Source: a virus
UHGV virus genome: UHGV-1374678
Direction: 5' to 3' (one strand)
DNA length: 64,000 nucleotides
Part shown: positions 19,144-27,729 of the stretch, piece after piece
How positions within the stretch are numbered: position 1 is the stretch's first letter
Layout: each line of letters begins with the position of its first letter
The notes under the pieces: generated by a model
The model's database searches: none
What the model saw: the letters and a program-made list of their open reading frames with translations, nothing else
Told to the model about the DNA's origin: nothing
Translations under genes and position numbers: made by a program

Positions 19144-19687
19144 TTTATATGTCTACTTAATTCGTTCAAGAAACAAAGACAACAAGGATGTTCCTAATTT
19201 CAAAGAACGAGCAAAGACTATCTTAGAATACAAAGAAAATGAAGAAAAAGTATTTGATGAATTTTATAAATTTGCAGCAGATGGAGTTCCTGGCGAACAG
19301 ACAAGATTGTATCGGTCTGTAAATTCTAGGAATGAAGAAAAGATAAGAGAAGAACTTATTATTAGATTGCTTAGAAATAAACCAAGTATGACAAAGCTGA
19401 ATCGTATATTGGCTTCAGTTACGCAGCAGGTGGAAAATCGTGATGAGGGTAAATGGTTATTTGATTTTGATGTGGATGATGAGATTATCGCAGATGATTT
19501 TATTGATGACATTTTTATCCAAACAGATATGGATTATCCAATAGAAAAAATTAAACGTTATAAAACTCCGCATGGTTATGCAATTGTAGTTCCACATGGA
19601 TTTGACACTAGAAAACTCATGGAGAAGTGGAAAGATTACGATATCACATTAAAGAAAGATGGATTGTTATTTTTGGATATGATTTAA
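19127..19687 (+). CDS. hypothetical protein
   Basis: ORF track. Confidence 0.45.
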   Translation: MKIMSDLYVYLIRSRNKDNKDVPNFKERAKTILEYKENEEKVFDEFYKFAADGVPGEQTRLYRSVNSRNEEKIREELIIRLLRNKPSMTKLNRILASVTQQVENRDEGKWLFDFDVDDEIIADDFIDDIFIQTDMDYPIEKIKRYKTPHGYAIVVPHGFDTRKLMEKWKDYDITLKKDGLLFLDMI

Positions 19688-19700
19688 AGGGTTTTGTCAG

Positions 19701-20995
19701 AAATTCCATTAACTTTAGCTGATGGGATGAATGACAGAGAATAACTGTATATGAGTAATAATTAGAAATCTAAAAAACAGAGAATATACAAATGAAAGGA
19801 AGTGATTGTAGATGTTAGTAGCATATAAATATAGATTATATCCAAACAAAGAACAGCAAGCATACTTTGCGAAGTGTTTTGGATGTGTACGATTCATCTA
19901 CAATCGTATGCTTTCAGATAAGATTGATTATTATAAAGAAACAAAACAGAAATTAAACAATACACCAGCTCAATATAAGAAAGAATTTGAATGGTTAAAA
20001 GAGGTTGACTCTCTTGCATTGGCAAATGCACAGATGAATCTACAGGCAGCTTACAATAATTTTTTCAAAAGACCAGAAGTGGGCTTTCCTAAATTTAAAA
20101 GTAAGAAAAGTCATAAATTTTCTTATACAACTAATAATCAAGGTGGAAATATTTATGTATCTGATAGGTATATAAAACTTCCTAAAATTGGTTTGGTTAG
20201 AGTAAAGAAACATAGAGATTTTGATGGATTAATTAAGTCTGTTACTGTTTCTCAAAACCCTTCTGGTAAATATTATGTCTCTGTTTTGGTTAGCCAAGAA
20301 GACAAAGAAAAACTACCTATTAACAATAACGAAATAGGAATTGATCTTGGTATTAAAGAATTTGCAATTACTTCTGATGGAGAAATGATTGAGAATCCAA
20401 AATATCTTAGAAAGTCTGAAAAGAAATTAAGAAAATTACAAAAGAATTTATCTCGTTGCAAAAAAGGAAGTAAAAACAGAGAAAAATGTAGAATTGAAGT
20501 TGCAAAACAACATGAAAAGATTACAAATCAAAGAAAAGATTTTTTACATAAATTAGCTACGAGAATTATTCGTGAAAATCAAACAATAGTTCTTGAAGAT
20601 TTAAAAGTAAAAAATATGATGAGTAACCATAAATTAGCAAAATCAATTGCAGATGTATCTTGGAGTGAATTTGTAAGGCAATTGGAATATAAAGCTGATT
20701 GGTATGGACGAGAAATTATAAAAATTGATACTTGGTATCCATCTAGCCAGATATGTTCTAATTGTGGTCACAGAGATGGAAAGAAAGCATTGTCTATAAG
20801 AGAATGGACATGTCCTAATTGCGGAACGCATCATGAAAGAGATATTAATGCAGCAATAAATATTCTCAATGAAGGTTTGAGAATGAGAACGGCAGGAACT
20901 GTCGAGATAGCCTAAGTAAACTTATCTCATTAGAGATATTGATTAGGAAGCCCAACGAGCTTTAGCTCGTGGGTAGTTCACAGATAATATTCCAA
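19701..20995 (+). mobile_element. second IS200/IS605-family (IS1341-like) tnpB-only element
   Basis: Left end AAATTCCATTAACTTTAGCTGAT ... GAATATACAAATGAAAGGAAGTGAT is homologous to the copy at 12872. The downstream region contains GAGCTTTAGCTCGTGGG, which echoes the left-end CTTTAGCT motif. The right boundary is approximate. Confidence 0.6.
19812..20915 (+). CDS. tnpB: TnpB (IS605 OrfB family)
   Basis: [17 protein letters not shown]-terminus. CSNCGH...CPNCGT zinc finger. [12 protein letters not shown] RuvC-III motif. About 45-50% identical to the first copy by eye. Confidence 0.85.
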   Translation: MLVAYKYRLYPNKEQQAYFAKCFGCVRFIYNRMLSDKIDYYKETKQKLNNTPAQYKKEFEWLKEVDSLALANAQMNLQAAYNNFFKRPEVGFPKFKSKKSHKFSYTTNNQGGNIYVSDRYIKLPKIGLVRVKKHRDFDGLIKSVTVSQNPSGKYYVSVLVSQEDKEKLPINNNEIGIDLGIKEFAITSDGEMIENPKYLRKSEKKLRKLQKNLSRCKKGSKNREKCRIEVAKQHEKITNQRKDFLHKLATRIIRENQTIVLEDLKVKNMMSNHKLAKSIADVSWSEFVRQLEYKADWYGREIIKIDTWYPSSQICSNCGHRDGKKALSIREWTCPNCGTHHERDINAAINILNEGLRMRTAGTVEIA

Positions 20996-20997
20996 AG

Positions 20998-21234
20998 ATG
21001 CTAAAAGTAATTAGAGAATATATAGAAGAGTCTGAGTTATACAGGGAATGCATGGATAGAGTTGATAAGCTTCATTTCGACTCACAGAAAACAGCAATGA
21101 TAAACGGAGCGCACAGTCATCAAGAAAAAGCAGATGAACTGGCAGAAATTATGAATGATGGAATTAGTCCTTATGCTTGGTATTATCATGATGCTATGCA
21201 GTATGGGTATGTTGTGTATTTGGATAATATTTAA
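20998..21234 (+). CDS. hypothetical protein
   Basis: ORF track. Confidence 0.4.
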   Translation: MLKVIREYIEESELYRECMDRVDKLHFDSQKTAMINGAHSHQEKADELAEIMNDGISPYAWYYHDAMQYGYVVYLDNI

Positions 21235-21248
21235 GGAGGGAACTAATA

Positions 21249-21431
21249 ATGGCAGAAGTAACAAGATTATGTCCTGTTTGTAGGACAATTATGAAATCAG
21301 CAGCTTATAAAGTTGGAAAACAAGATGGTACTGAAAGATTAGAAAATAAGATTTTTACACCTGATGGTATTGGTATTATTGGAAAACTTTTAGTATGCCA
21401 GAAATGTGGAAATTTAGCAGTGGTGAAGTAG
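21249..21431 (+). CDS. zinc-ribbon protein
   Basis: CPVCR...CQKCG. Confidence 0.4.
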   Translation: MAEVTRLCPVCRTIMKSAAYKVGKQDGTERLENKIFTPDGIGIIGKLLVCQKCGNLAVVK

Positions 21432-21433
21432 TT

Positions 21434-21853
21434 ATGGAGAAAGTAATTAAGTATAAATGCGATGAATGTGGAGAATTATTTGACACACCTGAAATGGCAT
21501 TAGCACATGAAATAAGACACGAAAGAATTGAAAAAGCCAATGAAATGCTTAACGAAGGATGTACATTAAAACAAATAAATGATGAGTGTGAGATTTGGGC
21601 TTACGTACCAGAACATTTAGAGAATATAAATAAGGACAACTGTTTCAAAATAAGTTATTGGCAATGTTGTGACAAGCCAGCTTATCAAATTATTCGTATT
21701 TATTTCGATGGATATGTAAACGTAAGAGGATGTGGTTCGTGGAGTGGATATTATGGCAATCGGCTTAGAATAGACGATAGTGATTTAAGAAACCCAAGAC
21801 CAAAAGAAGAGTTATTTGTAGATCCGAGATATGAAGATTTATATAGATTTTAG
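21434..21853 (+). CDS. zinc-finger protein
   Basis: ATG at 21434 (MEKVIKYKCDECG...H..H). Confidence 0.4.
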   Translation: MEKVIKYKCDECGELFDTPEMALAHEIRHERIEKANEMLNEGCTLKQINDECEIWAYVPEHLENINKDNCFKISYWQCCDKPAYQIIRIYFDGYVNVRGCGSWSGYYGNRLRIDDSDLRNPRPKEELFVDPRYEDLYRF

Positions 21854-21865
21854 GAGGAAATAATT

Positions 21866-22276
21866 ATGGAATTAGTTAATATAAATTTATTCGCTGAAGG
21901 ATATTATTCAGGAAGAACATATGAAGATAATATTTGGATCAAAAAATCTTCATATGAAAAATTAATGGATATATTCCCAGAAGAAATATCATGTGGTGAA
22001 TTAGATGGAAAACACAGTGAAGTAATGGGAGAAGTTGATGTACAAGATTATTCCTATACAGATGAATATTACGCAAAGAATGCAGATATTGCGCACGATG
22101 GAGATTATCTTGAATGGTCTTTACGTGATTTGTACGAATCAAATGGACTTGATTGGGTTGAAGAACAGAATGAAATCAACGAATATTTAAGTCGTCTTGA
22201 TTTGCATGAAGAAGTAACTGTGTCAGTTCCGCATAGTAAAGTTAAAGAACTGATGAAGTTTGTTGATAATTTATAA
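21866..22276 (+). CDS. hypothetical acidic protein
   Basis: ORF with GGAGGAAATAATTATG RBS. Confidence 0.45.
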   Translation: MELVNINLFAEGYYSGRTYEDNIWIKKSSYEKLMDIFPEEISCGELDGKHSEVMGEVDVQDYSYTDEYYAKNADIAHDGDYLEWSLRDLYESNGLDWVEEQNEINEYLSRLDLHEEVTVSVPHSKVKELMKFVDNL

Positions 22277-22404
22277 TTTGAAATTTTTCTTTCATTCAGT
22301 AGTCATGAATGCTGCGTGAAAGAAGAAAATAATCAACTACATATGGAGGAAAAGTAAAGTAATTCTAGATAATATGCTTACGTAAGCCTTGAAAATAAGG
22401 CAAT

Positions 22405-23334
22405 TTGAGCAATACAAATGAAAGAAAAACTTCTACAGATGGACTTAGAGTGTTAAGTCTCTGTGGTGGTGTAGAAACTGGATTATACGCATTACAGCAA
22501 TTGGATATTCCGGTGAAAGAGTATCATACATATGAGATTCTGCCTGAAGCTATTGCAGTTTCTCAGTACCATTTTCCGTTTGTGATACATCATGGTGATT
22601 TATATGAAGCGGATTTTAATCAATTCAAAGGATTTGACTTGTTATTAGCAGGAACTTGTTGCCAAAGTTTGAGTAAAGTCAGAATAGAAAATAAACAAGT
22701 CAACAATGGTTTAGATGGCAAATCAGGTATTTTCTTTAAAGCCATCGAATGTCTTAAGGTAATTCAGCCAAAATATTTCATGTTTGAAAATGTAATACCG
22801 AGTAGAGAAGAGGATCTAAATACAATGACAGAATGCATTGGTGTTGACCCCTTGCTTATTGACTCTGCAATTTTTAGCGCACAGTCGAGAGAAAGATATT
22901 ATTGGACAAACATTCCATTGGGTGAATTACCGGAAGAATCTCCATTAGTTTTAAAAGACGTGATGGAGAATAATGTAAATGAGAAATATTTCTATAAAAA
23001 AGATTTTGAAATCATCGACATGAATAAACGTGTTTGTGCAGAGTTAAAGGTTAATACGATGGAGATGGGTAGACGTATCTATAATCCTGAGTTTAAGTGT
23101 TGTACATTAACGTGTGTTGGTGGTGGATACAACGAAAAGAAAGTTATGGATCATGACAGACCACGAAAATTAACACCTGTTGAATATGAAAGATTACAGG
23201 GACTACCGGATAGATATACGGATGTATTAATAAATGGAAGAAAAATAAGTGATACGAAACGATATTCTATGATGGGTAATGGTTGGAATGAACCGACAGT
23301 AGAGTGGATATTAAGTGGATTGAAAAAAGTGTAA
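22405..23334 (+). CDS. DNA (cytosine-5)-methyltransferase, small orphan type
   Basis: Motif I LSLCGGVETG. Motif IV GTCCQSLS, an unusual CCQ in place of PCQ. ENV (FMFENV). QSRERYYW (motif VIII). RKLTPVEYERLQGLPD (IX). MMGNGWNEPTV (X). The start codon is uncertain (TTG at 22405). Confidence 0.8.
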   Translation: MSNTNERKTSTDGLRVLSLCGGVETGLYALQQLDIPVKEYHTYEILPEAIAVSQYHFPFVIHHGDLYEADFNQFKGFDLLLAGTCCQSLSKVRIENKQVNNGLDGKSGIFFKAIECLKVIQPKYFMFENVIPSREEDLNTMTECIGVDPLLIDSAIFSAQSRERYYWTNIPLGELPEESPLVLKDVMENNVNEKYFYKKDFEIIDMNKRVCAELKVNTMEMGRRIYNPEFKCCTLTCVGGGYNEKKVMDHDRPRKLTPVEYERLQGLPDRYTDVLINGRKISDTKRYSMMGNGWNEPTVEWILSGLKKV

Positions 23335-23465
23335 GAAATTTTCTTTTTACAGGCGTTTGCAACCGCCTTGAAAGCAAGGAGTTTTTTAAAATCAAGAAAG
23401 GTGAAAACAGGTAAATTCTAGAATAAAGAGATTGCGCAATCCCCTATAGATAAAGGATTTAAATA

Positions 23466-24443
23466 ATGATAAAAAGCATAAATTCATTCGGACTAACGGT
23501 ATTAAGTTTATGTGATGGAATGTCGTGTGGACAGATAGCGTTAGAACAGGCAGGTTTTAAAGTCGATAAATACTTTGCGTCAGAGATTAAAGACATTGCA
23601 ATTAAAGTAACCAAAGAAAATTATCCAAACACAATTCATATTGGTGATGTAAATAAAATTTTCTATAAAGATGGAATATTACATACTGAAGTCGGAGATT
23701 TTGAAACAAATATTGATGTAGTTATGTTTGGAAGTCCTTGTCAAAGTTTCTCGAGAGCAATGATTAAAGAAAGAAAAATTGGTTTGGATGATCCAAAGCG
23801 TTCAGGTTTGTTTTATGAATGTAATAGAGTACTAAGAGAAGTAAATCCAAAATATTTTCTCATGGAAAATGTTGTTATGAAAAAAGAAGATGAAGAAGTT
23901 ATCAGTAAAATGATTGGAGTAAAGCCTATTAGAATCAATTCTTCTCTTGTTGTTGGTCAACTTAGAGATAGGTATTATTGGACTAATATTCCAGAAGTTA
24001 CAGTACCGGAGGATAAGAAAATAACATTGCAAAGTATTTTAAATGATGGTTATACGCCTGACAAGAAAGCAAAATGTCTTCGTAGAAATGATTCACATGG
24101 ATTTTACAACGGATGCGGTTGGACTCCGATCAAAAGATTCCATAGGTTTTACTATAAATCTTTTGGAACAATGGTATTTCCATCAAAGGAATATTTTGAA
24201 AATTGTTTGGAAGTAACTAAGAAAATATTAAATGGGAGAAAGTCGTCAGCAAAAATGTATGATGATTACAATGGTCATGATTTTGATGATGCAAGATATT
24301 TATGGAAAGAAGAAAGAGCAAGGTTGCAGGGAGTTCCTGAAGAATATGTGAAATATATGTCTGAAAAAGACGCTGCTGACGTTCTTGGAGATGGTTGGAC
24401 AGTACCAGTAATTGCTCATATCTTTAGTTTTATGAAGTTTTAA
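23466..24443 (+). CDS. DNA (cytosine-5)-methyltransferase, small orphan type
   Basis: GSPCQSFS (motif IV), FLMENV, GQLRDRYYW, ERARLQGVPEEY and LGDGWTVPV motifs. Confidence 0.85.
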   Translation: MIKSINSFGLTVLSLCDGMSCGQIALEQAGFKVDKYFASEIKDIAIKVTKENYPNTIHIGDVNKIFYKDGILHTEVGDFETNIDVVMFGSPCQSFSRAMIKERKIGLDDPKRSGLFYECNRVLREVNPKYFLMENVVMKKEDEEVISKMIGVKPIRINSSLVVGQLRDRYYWTNIPEVTVPEDKKITLQSILNDGYTPDKKAKCLRRNDSHGFYNGCGWTPIKRFHRFYYKSFGTMVFPSKEYFENCLEVTKKILNGRKSSAKMYDDYNGHDFDDARYLWKEERARLQGVPEEYVKYMSEKDAADVLGDGWTVPVIAHIFSFMKF

Positions 24444-24459
24444 GGAGAGAATAAACATT

Positions 24460-24654
24460 ATGACAATTAAATTCATCAAAGATGTTATCTTCAAAGACCA
24501 AAAAGAAGACAGTGTAAAGATTAAAAAAGGAAAAATTCTTACAGCAAATGTTATAAGAAACGAAGATGGAAAAGAAGAATATGAGATTACTCATAAGAAA
24601 AATACGTTCATGATTCCATATTCTATGAAAGATGTAATGTTTGAGATTTTGTAA
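24460..24654 (+). CDS. hypothetical protein
   Basis: ORF with GGAGAGAATAAACATTATG junction. Confidence 0.4.
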   Translation: MTIKFIKDVIFKDQKEDSVKIKKGKILTANVIRNEDGKEEYEITHKKNTFMIPYSMKDVMFEIL

Positions 24655-24716
24655 ATTTATTCAGATTCTTTTGGAGAATAAGTAAATGTACAAATAATGA
24701 TTGAGAGGTATAAACA

Positions 24717-25226
24717 ATGCTTAACGAAAAACAAAAGAATCTGGTAGAAGAAAATTATAATCTAATCTACAAATATGCAAAAGACCACAAGTTAGATATA
24801 GAAGAATTCAGTGGATTGCTTTCTATTGGTTTGTGCAAAGCTGCATTAAATTATGATTCAGATAAAACAAAGTTCTCAACATTTGCTTTCAGATGTATGG
24901 GAAATGAAGTGAGTAATTATTTGAGGAAGATTAATGCAGGTAAGTATTTAAGACATGATGAAGTGTATTCTATGGAAGCATTAAGCGAAGATAACGATAG
25001 ACCTATTAGCGAAACTACATTAATGGTTTCTTCAGAGAATATTGAGGGAGAATATATATTTAAGACTAAGTTTCAAAAAGAATATGACAAGCTGAAAGAT
25101 CAAGTAAAAAATATTATTGCTCTCAAATATCGTGGTTACACAAACAATGAAGTTGCGGAGATTCTGGACATGAAAGCGTCCACTGTAAGTATGGCGTTAA
25201 AGAAATTCAAAATGGCTTTGGTATAG
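24717..25226 (+). CDS. sigma-70 family RNA polymerase sigma factor (phage-encoded)
   Basis: Region-2-like N-terminus (NYNLIYKYAK...) and region-4 HTH (YRGYTNNEVAEILDMKASTVSMALKKF). Confidence 0.7.
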   Translation: MLNEKQKNLVEENYNLIYKYAKDHKLDIEEFSGLLSIGLCKAALNYDSDKTKFSTFAFRCMGNEVSNYLRKINAGKYLRHDEVYSMEALSEDNDRPISETTLMVSSENIEGEYIFKTKFQKEYDKLKDQVKNIIALKYRGYTNNEVAEILDMKASTVSMALKKFKMALV

Positions 25227-25252
25227 TGGAAGTATAGAAGTGGTGGTGACAA

Positions 25253-25657
25253 ATGAACAATCGACAAAGAAAGAAATGGCTGAAGAAACAGAATTCATAT
25301 GTAAATCCAAAGGAAACATGGTGCTTAGATGTTAATTTAGCCAAATATATCATTCCAAGATTGAAAAAATTCAAGAAGCTTAACAATGGTTATCCTGGCA
25401 GAGAAGAAATGGATACACCAGAAAAATGGGATGATGCATTAGATAAGATGATTCAAGCGTTTGAATACGTAATAGATTTTGATGAATATTGGTTAGATGA
25501 TCCAAGATATGACTATACGGATATTATGTTTGGCGATAACAAAGAACTTTACGAAAGTATAGTAGAGAATAAAAGAATGGAAGATATTCGCAGGCTCGAA
25601 GCAATTAATGATGGGTTACAGTTATTTGCTAAGTATTATATGAGTTTGTGGTGGTAA
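25253..25657 (+). CDS. hypothetical protein (MNNRQRKK N-terminus)
   Basis: ORF track. Paralogous N-terminus with 16097. Confidence 0.4.
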   Translation: MNNRQRKKWLKKQNSYVNPKETWCLDVNLAKYIIPRLKKFKKLNNGYPGREEMDTPEKWDDALDKMIQAFEYVIDFDEYWLDDPRYDYTDIMFGDNKELYESIVENKRMEDIRRLEAINDGLQLFAKYYMSLWW

Positions 25658-25745
25658 GAGAATAAATGGCGAGTTTCGTTGGAGAATGTTTCTTAGGAGG
25701 TAATGAAAATGTGCAAAAAAAAGTAACAAATCAAGATATAAGGGG

Positions 25746-26354
25746 TTGAGATTTAATTACAAGATAGATGGAAAAGTATTAATGGATAAATATCAAACGA
25801 TTGATGATTTTCTATCAACAGAATTTCCCAAGAACAATAATCCATTGTCTCCAATAGACGAAACAATATTGTTCAATATTAAGTGGAATAATAATCCAAT
25901 ATTATCGTGTTCTGGTGAACATAAATTAAGTGAAATAAAAAATATTTTAAAGAATTTTGATCCAAACCAACTGGAAAGAAAAGAGATTTATTCAATTGAA
26001 GAAGTTGAAGAAAAAGTAAAAGATGTGTTGTTTGAGAAAAAACGTAATTTGTCTAAAGTGGATTTTGATGGAGATATGATTAAGGGCAACAGTCAGAGGT
26101 ATCAGACATTCTTTACCAAAGGTTGTAGATGTGTAAAGTGTGGAATCGAAGGCAAGTATTTTGTAAAAGAGAAACATTTAAAAGATATAAGTTTCCATCT
26201 TAATCTATATGCCATTGATGAAAACGAAAAAGAAATCTTGATGACAAAAGACCATATTATCCCAAAATCAAAGGGTGGAACTAACGATATTAGCAATTAT
26301 CAGACAATGTGTAAAAAATGCAATGAAGCAAAAGAAAATAGATTAGAAGATTAA
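25746..26354 (+). CDS. HNH endonuclease
   Basis: CRCVKCG ... TKDHIIPKSKGGTNDISNYQTMCKKCN matches the HNH motif with its zinc ligands. The start may be ATG 25782 instead of TTG 25746. Confidence 0.8.
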   Translation: MRFNYKIDGKVLMDKYQTIDDFLSTEFPKNNNPLSPIDETILFNIKWNNNPILSCSGEHKLSEIKNILKNFDPNQLERKEIYSIEEVEEKVKDVLFEKKRNLSKVDFDGDMIKGNSQRYQTFFTKGCRCVKCGIEGKYFVKEKHLKDISFHLNLYAIDENEKEILMTKDHIIPKSKGGTNDISNYQTMCKKCNEAKENRLED

Positions 26355-26421
26355 AGAAAGGAAAAATAGAAAAGTTCCTATAGGATAAAACGTGCGTTAC
26401 TTACTACGGTAAGAGGAACTT

Positions 26422-27729
26422 ATGTATTGTGCTTATGTTACAACATTAAAAGGATTAAGAAAACATAGTAATGCAGATAGATTACAGTGTGTTGAAGTTT
26501 TTGGACAAAATGTAATTGTTGATTTGAGCTATAAAGATGGACAAAAGGTAGTTTTCTTTCCATCTGACGGACAATTATCAGAAGAGTATGCAAAAGATAA
26601 TAATCTCGTAAGAATGAAAGATGAAAATGGTAATAATATTGGCGGATATATGGACGCTGAAAAAAGAAATGTTACTGCGATTAGACTCAGAGGTGAAAAA
26701 TCAGAGGGTTTAGTATTGCCTATAGAATCACTTTCTAAGTATGTGGATGTTACAAAATTAAAAGATGGAGATCAGATTACCGTCATTGGTGGTCATGAAA
26801 TCTGTAGAAAATATATTCCAAAAAGTAGTAGAAGAAGCAACAACTCAAGAAAAAGTAGTGATAAGAAGAAAAAAGATAACTCGATTTCTTATCCATTCTT
26901 CGAAGAACACAAAGATACTGCACAGCTTGCGTATAATATGTCTGCGTTTAAACCCGGTGATACTGTATATATTACCCGTAAGCTTCACGGCACGTCAGCT
27001 CGTACCATGAAGACAATTAAAGTAACAAAGAAGAATAATGTATTTAGAAGATTTTTACATATGAAACCTAAATACGAAAAAGAAGTTTCTGTAGTTACAG
27101 GAAGTAGACGAGTTGTATTAAAAGATATGAATAGTACAGATGGTTATTATTCAGATAATACATTCAGAAAGAAATATCACGATTTGTTAAAAGACAAACT
27201 TCCGGAAGGATTTGAAATTTTCTATGAGATTGTTGGTTATGTAAACGAGACAACACCAATCATGGGAACTGTGTCAAACAGCAAAGTAAAAGATAAAGAA
27301 TTCAAGAAGAAATTTGGAGATACAACTGTATTTTCTTATGGCTGCAAACCAGGTGAAAACGAAATGTATGTGTATAGAATGACTGCAACAACAGCAGATG
27401 GTACAGTTGTGGAAATTCCTTGGGAGAATATAAAAGTATGGTGTGACAAACTTGGTGTAAAACATGTACCAGAATTGGAAAAATTTATCTATACAACGCC
27501 TGAAGACTTAAAAGAAAGAGTAAATAAGTATCTTGATGGTATGCCAGTTGATGAGATTGGTAAAACACATATTGCAGAAGGTGTAGTTGTTCGTATTGAC
27601 AATAGAGATTCATTTACTGCATATAAAGATAAAGTGTTCGAATTCAAGGTATGTGAAGGAATTATTAAAGACAATTCAGACGCACCAGACATGGAAGAAG
27701 CAGAAGAATTGCTTAAGGAGATTGTATAA
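26422..27729 (+). CDS. RNA ligase (Rnl2-like nucleotidyltransferase) with N-terminal tRNA-binding OB-fold (Myf/Trbp111-type) domain
   Basis: N-terminus KHSNADRLQCVEVFG...GQKVVFFPSDGQL...RGEKSEGLV matches the tRNA-binding consensus (HPDADKLYVCKVDVG...GQKVVVALPGAVL...RGVESEGML). Ligase motif I TRKLHGTSA (KxHGxN). Motif III-like FEIFYEIVGY. Motif IV AEGVVVR. Confidence 0.75.
   Translation: MYCAYVTTLKGLRKHSNADRLQCVEVFGQNVIVDLSYKDGQKVVFFPSDGQLSEEYAKDNNLVRMKDENGNNIGGYMDAEKRNVTAIRLRGEKSEGLVLPIESLSKYVDVTKLKDGDQITVIGGHEICRKYIPKSSRRSNNSRKSSDKKKKDNSISYPFFEEHKDTAQLAYNMSAFKPGDTVYITRKLHGTSARTMKTIKVTKKNNVFRRFLHMKPKYEKEVSVVTGSRRVVLKDMNSTDGYYSDNTFRKKYHDLLKDKLPEGFEIFYEIVGYVNETTPIMGTVSNSKVKDKEFKKKFGDTTVFSYGCKPGENEMYVYRMTATTADGTVVEIPWENIKVWCDKLGVKHVPELEKFIYTTPEDLKERVNKYLDGMPVDEIGKTHIAEGVVVRIDNRDSFTAYKDKVFEFKVCEGIIKDNSDAPDMEEAEELLKEIV

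Noticed and set aside
23351-23368. Hairpin AGGCG-tttgcaac-CGCCT after the first methyltransferase, as a terminator.
   Set aside because: Only a 5-bp stem with no adjacent T-tract, so not convincing as an intrinsic terminator.
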